A DNA stretch of 52,952 nt, counting the filler, from Sphacelaria rigidula (Eukaryota): assembly GCA_964200075.2 (NCBI GenBank). It is 4 parts of 4 records of this genome, joined end to end, with 100 filler letters (N's around TTAATTAATTAA, not from the genome) between each part and the next. Parts side by side here need not be neighbours in the genome. Positions count along the whole stretch, not along the records: positions 39,791 to 52,952 come from CAXNAA020003107.1; 3 more parts are not named here. One strand, written 5' to 3'. Position 1 is the first letter of the stretch, and every line of letters begins with the position of its first letter. Below the pieces are notes generated by a model. It had not been told where the DNA came from. It did not search any database and was given only the letters and a program-made list of their open reading frames with translations. Position numbers and translations under genes: made by a program. Of the stretch, positions 48,601-52,952 are shown piece after piece.

Positions 48601-51600
48601 CGGCTATTAGCTTCTCCCTGAAGAAGGCGCCGAACAACTGTGAGCGTTCGGCGACGCCCCTATCAGCGCCAGTACTCGCAGCAGGGTTGTACGACAAGTG
48701 TTGGTCACCGCTGTTGCCGCCGCCGTTGTTGCACACGGTGGTGATTAGTCGAGAGGTGGCCACTCGCACACGGTAAGAAGAGGACATCAGCAGCGCCTTG
48801 AGCACGCCGCCAAGGCCGCCTGACCACTGCGCATTGATGCTGGCGATGCCGTCACGTGAAAGCCGTTCGCTGCATTTGCCACCGTCAAAAAGCGCGACGA
48901 GAACCTCGGGTACGCCTGGAGCATTGTCGTTGAACCATCGACAGACACGAGCGGAAGGGGGCGGGAGGTGGAGAGGTATTTGTGTATTTCGTGAGAGTGA
49001 GGACTAAACATGCTAATTTGGTTTATTCTGCGGCGCAAATGAAGTTTTTACCTGCGGGGGGGGGCGGGGGTCGTTTTTCACAGAGCACACTACAGCCGAA
49101 ACAACCGTATAACTACAGTACAGAGGAAACGACGCATAGTAAGACATACATAATAAGTGCATTCACTTGCCGCTGAAGTATCTTTCTCGCTCTCCACACA
49201 AAATATGGCCACTACAAGATGAATTAAAAAAAGTGGCGTGCAGAGCTGCTGCTGCTGCAATATCACATGATAGGTAGACAGGTAATGAAGGAAAGCAAAG
49301 AAAGCATTCAAGAAGAGGAGACCTGAGAAATGTCGTCCGCGTTGTGGTTTTCATTCGTACCAGCGACGTTATTCGCAGGCCATCCCGGCACACCGCTGTC
49401 GGCACGATGTCGGCAATAGGCCGCCGCCGTAGCAACATAGGTAACGCTGTGGAGTTGAAGGGGTTCGTCGCTCGATGATCGGCGAGCCAGCAATCGTGGC
49501 ACCGCCAGCATCACACTGACGAAAGGGTCGTCGGTCGCCGGTGGCGACGGACGGTAGCGATAGGCGCCCTGCAAGATTGATGTCATTTGTTGAAGGAGGG
49601 CAACGGCGAATCCGGCAAGACGCACAGTAAACACCAGGAGGGAAGCGATCGGGTGCGTTTTTCCGGTATTTGGTAAGACCACAGCTGTTCATTGCCTGGA
49701 GGGAGAGGCGGGGTCAGAAATCAGAAGAATGTGAGTTTCACTGGTACCGTGCGCAGCTCTCACCTGATGCTCTTAGTTCTTTTCTCATTGAGGGAAAAAC
49801 GAGGTCGGGTAGTACGGTATCGCGACTGAACATTTGGGTCGAGAAACTGCTACCACGATGTGTTGATCGTCCAAGGGCAGGTCGAGTAGAGTATGTACTT
49901 TTGAGTACTCGAGTAAAATACCCAAGTATTTACTCTACTCAAATTTTGAGTAGGTCGAGTATGGCCTCAAATATTCTACCCAAATCTTAGGTATATATTG
50001 AGTACGACCTCAAATACCCTACTCAATTTTTGAGTAGCTCGACTACGATTTCTAGTACTCTACTCAAATATTGAGTAAGCACTCTCAATAATACTTGAGT
50101 CCAGAGTGTCACTTGGGTATGACCTCAATACTCAAATTTTGGGTAGATTGAATTTAGCTTCAACTACTCTACACCAATTTTGAGTAGATCGAGTACGACC
50201 TCCAATACTCTACTCAAATTTTGAGTGAGCGCTTTCAGTAATAGTTGAGTGTAGAGTATCACTTGGGTATGGCCTCAATACTCTACTCAAATTATAGGTA
50301 GATTGAGCATGACTTCAATTACTCTACTCAAATTTTGGGTACCAAAAGTACGACTCTTCGAAAATACGAAGTATTCAGTATACTCTACTCGACCTGCCCT
50401 TGTAATCGTCGCAAATCTGTCGCTCGAGAATCAAACATTATTAGCAGCCCGTTGAACTCGAATTCAGGAGGAGGGTCACGTAAAGGCCAACCATTAAACG
50501 GCCAAGGCTCATTTCACGATCGACGGTTTTAAAGAACGCGACTTGAACCTCACTTCGAGACTGGTTTACCCACGTCAACGCCGGTCAGCCAATGAGGTCG
50601 GTGTTTTCCACTGATGTGTTCCAGTCGTGAAGCGGGACATCTGATGTACGAAAGCCGCGTGTCTGGGGAGCCCGGGAATCCTCAACGAATGAAACCAAGG
50701 ATCAAACGGATTAATGATTCGTCTGGAATGGCGTGAAAGTTGCGTGAAGGCCTTTTTGACCAGCGGTCAACTTTCATCTCTCTTTCGAGCACTCAATCGT
50801 GGATTTGGTGATTCGAATCGGCGATGATTCGTTCGAACCGTGAATGAAACCCACGCTACCGGCGCAACGTGTGCGTGCTGTACATGAAAAGGTAAGCGTA
50901 CCTGGGGAGCCGCCGCGCTGCTGCGGGGGTCGTACTCCGAAGCTCCCGCGGTAAGGCAACACTGCAGCAACTCCATGGCGACGAACACGACATCGGACTT
51001 GACCTGATCTGAAAGGGAAGAGGAAGACGCGGCGTGCGCCAAAAACGCCGCGAATTCACTGAACGCCGTCGTTACAACCCTGCCGTCGACACCCCTTTCC
51101 CCCCCCGCTACCCCCCCTCCCCGGGCGCTACCACCAGGAGCCGCCGCAGCAGCAGTGACGGCAGAAGCATCGGCCATACAAGCGTCCGCAAGGAAAGTAG
51201 CAAGCGGAGGATCTTGCCAGGCATCCGACAGGAGCTTGCCGATTGCGAGTAGGTGCCCCGAAGCTCTAGGGAGTCCCAGAGACAGCGTGCGAGAGACGAG
51301 AGATACCAGCGTGCCGATCGGATCCGGCAGTTCGTCTTTCAGGCTCTGCACATGATATAGCCGGGCGGGAGGGGGCGTACTCGTTTGTTGCTTGCCTTAG
51401 TCGTTTGACCATTGACCACGCATCGCTTTCAAGACGGAGCATGAGGGGGGGAGGGGGGAGACTCGTCGACGGCGGGATGCCGTTGGTGGTGCAAGCGCTT
51501 ATTTCGATATCTTCAGGAGCGTGAATGACACAAGTGGTATTTTCCGTGTACATAAAAATTACTATTCTCAATGGTTGCGTGTGTATGTAGAAAGAGAAGG

Positions 51601-52033
51601 CTTATTTAAACAAAAATACCAGAACGTGAAGGCACTATGCCCCCAGCCTGCGCTCTGAGACGGCATTTAGTACCTCCTCGCATACTGGGCAAGAATTCGC
51701 TTTCTAGGAGAACGCCAAGCTTTCTTCATGCGCGCACAACTACACTGCATCCTCTTGTCCCTCGATTGGAACCTGTACTTCTCGGACATTGAGGAAAGTA
51801 TGCGACATCAAGATCAATCACCACAGCACCATGCAGATCGATAATCAAGCCCCACCAAAAGAACATCTATCGCCGCCTGGGCGATGCTGATCTCGGCGCT
51901 ATCCATCCCATGAAGCAGCATAGGCAGACACGCATCGATGCTGTCTCGGAGGCAGTGCGGGCCGTGAGCGCGGACGATGCGTTGAACCCCATCCAAAATC
52001 GATAATCGCCGGAAATCGGGCGCGTTGTCGTAC
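42610..52033 (-). CDS. MEI1: Large multi-exon ARM-like gene, MEI1/PRD1-like meiotic double-strand-break factor (5' end unresolved)
   Basis: Phase-compatible GT-AG exons: 52033-51856, 51345-50902, 49568-49394, 48915-48589, 48318-48092, 47773-47573, 47371-46058 and 45450-42610. Segments such as VLKALLMSSSYRVRVATSRLITTV, AAGVTDFLFEAM, LLAIGKLL and LLHGMDSAEISIAQAAIDVL resemble, in order, the conserved N-terminal blocks of MEI1/PRD1 as I recall them. This was not verified by a search. Confidence 0.65.
49872..50402. mobile_element. Non-autonomous hAT MITE inside an intron
   Basis: Perfect 23-bp TIRs (CAAGGGCAGGTCGAGTAGAGTAT / ATACTCTACTCGACCTGCCCTTG). An 8-bp TSD TGATCGTC / TAATCGTC with one mismatch. 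The interior is made of TACTCTACTCAAATTTTGAGTAG repeats. Confidence 0.9.
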
Positions 52034-52952
52034 CTGCCAAGTGTTTTTTTGTGTATGTAATTGCGTCAGGCGATAACCACCCCATAGTAGGGACAAATTC
52101 CTACAAGCGTCTGTCAAGGAATCACCTCTTCACATTGGCGACACCATGAGATAGCTCGTACGCTCCACGAACAGAAGGTTCCGGGTTCAAGTCCCGGATC
52201 TCACCAAAATGGTGGGAGCAAAACAAATGGAGGATATCCTCTGTAGCAGAGTTCAAAATGCACGGAAAAATAACTGCGGCAACTGTTGGTAGAGAGACCC
52301 AACACACACACGTGAAAGATAATATGTGAATGAAAAGGCAAGATTGCAACCGCTAGCAGACGTGAAAGGGTACTCCTACGAAACCTCCAAGAGGACCATG
52401 AAGGGGGGGGAAGATGTGTGGGTACCACCACCAAGGATAGAAATTTCCCACAAATGTGTGTCAAGGAATAACCTTACCACAATATATGGGGACTGTGCAT
52501 TACAGACGTGCTACCGTGGAAAAATGTGACCCGTCTTTTTCACTAGAAAGAACGGCCTTGAGTGCCGATAGCGTCATGACAAAAAAAACTCGTGGCGCAC
52601 ATTATTGCTCGAAGGTCGGGCGCTTCCTCTTCTTGGGACGGAAGTACTTGCCGTATTCTGTGCCAGCTTCTTCGGTGCTTGCTTGGGCGGATGCTCTCAT
52701 TTATGGTGAAAGTAGAGCGTAAGCGACGGTCCTTTGATGTGAAAACTAGTGCGTCTTTCTTTATTGATGCCTCTGAGCATCGACGCCACTGTTTTGGGGG
52801 TGAATGGGGCCCGATTTTGGGCACTATATATCTGTAAAATCGACCGACCACTATCCACTGCAGAAAAATGACCCGTAATCGAGCCAATTGTATCAATTAC
52901 AGATACAGACGTCATCTCCGAATGACAATCTCGCTCATAGGGAATGAACTCT

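Noticed and set aside
51266-51571. ORF MRIVIF...DAWSMVKRLRQATNEY as an exon of the MEI1-like gene
   Set aside because: It is out of frame with the downstream exon, whose frame has a stop upstream of the TGCAG acceptor at 51346-51347. The region is intronic.

Overview
Eukaryotic, intron-rich, repeat-rich DNA. The splice sites, SINE/MITE landscape and 24-aa 'LSGEIP' LRRs suggest a brown alga or related stramenopile (inference). The window is not one locus. It is four size-sorted contigs (13164, 13164, 13162 and 13162 bp) joined by artificial N44-TTAATTAATTAA-N44 linkers. Contig 1 (1-13164) holds SINEs, foldback MITEs, a dead hAT fragment and a GT31-like exon. Contig 2 (13265-26428) is the highlight: a ~12-kb non-coding tandem array of ~34 long hairpins (period ~355 bp). 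Each hairpin is an antisense plus a sense copy of LRR-coding sequence around a conserved 8-nt loop (AGCGGCGA). The stems show compensatory base changes and G:U wobbles on the + strand, and the antisense arm is conserved while the sense arm diverges. This fits a polycistronic small-RNA (hpRNA/miRNA) locus aimed at LRR genes. Contig 3 carries a multi-exon OS-9/MRH-like gene and an intron-containing hAT transposase. Contig 4 carries a TPR-like last exon and a large multi-exon MEI1/PRD1-like gene with an hAT MITE (8-bp TSD) in an intron.
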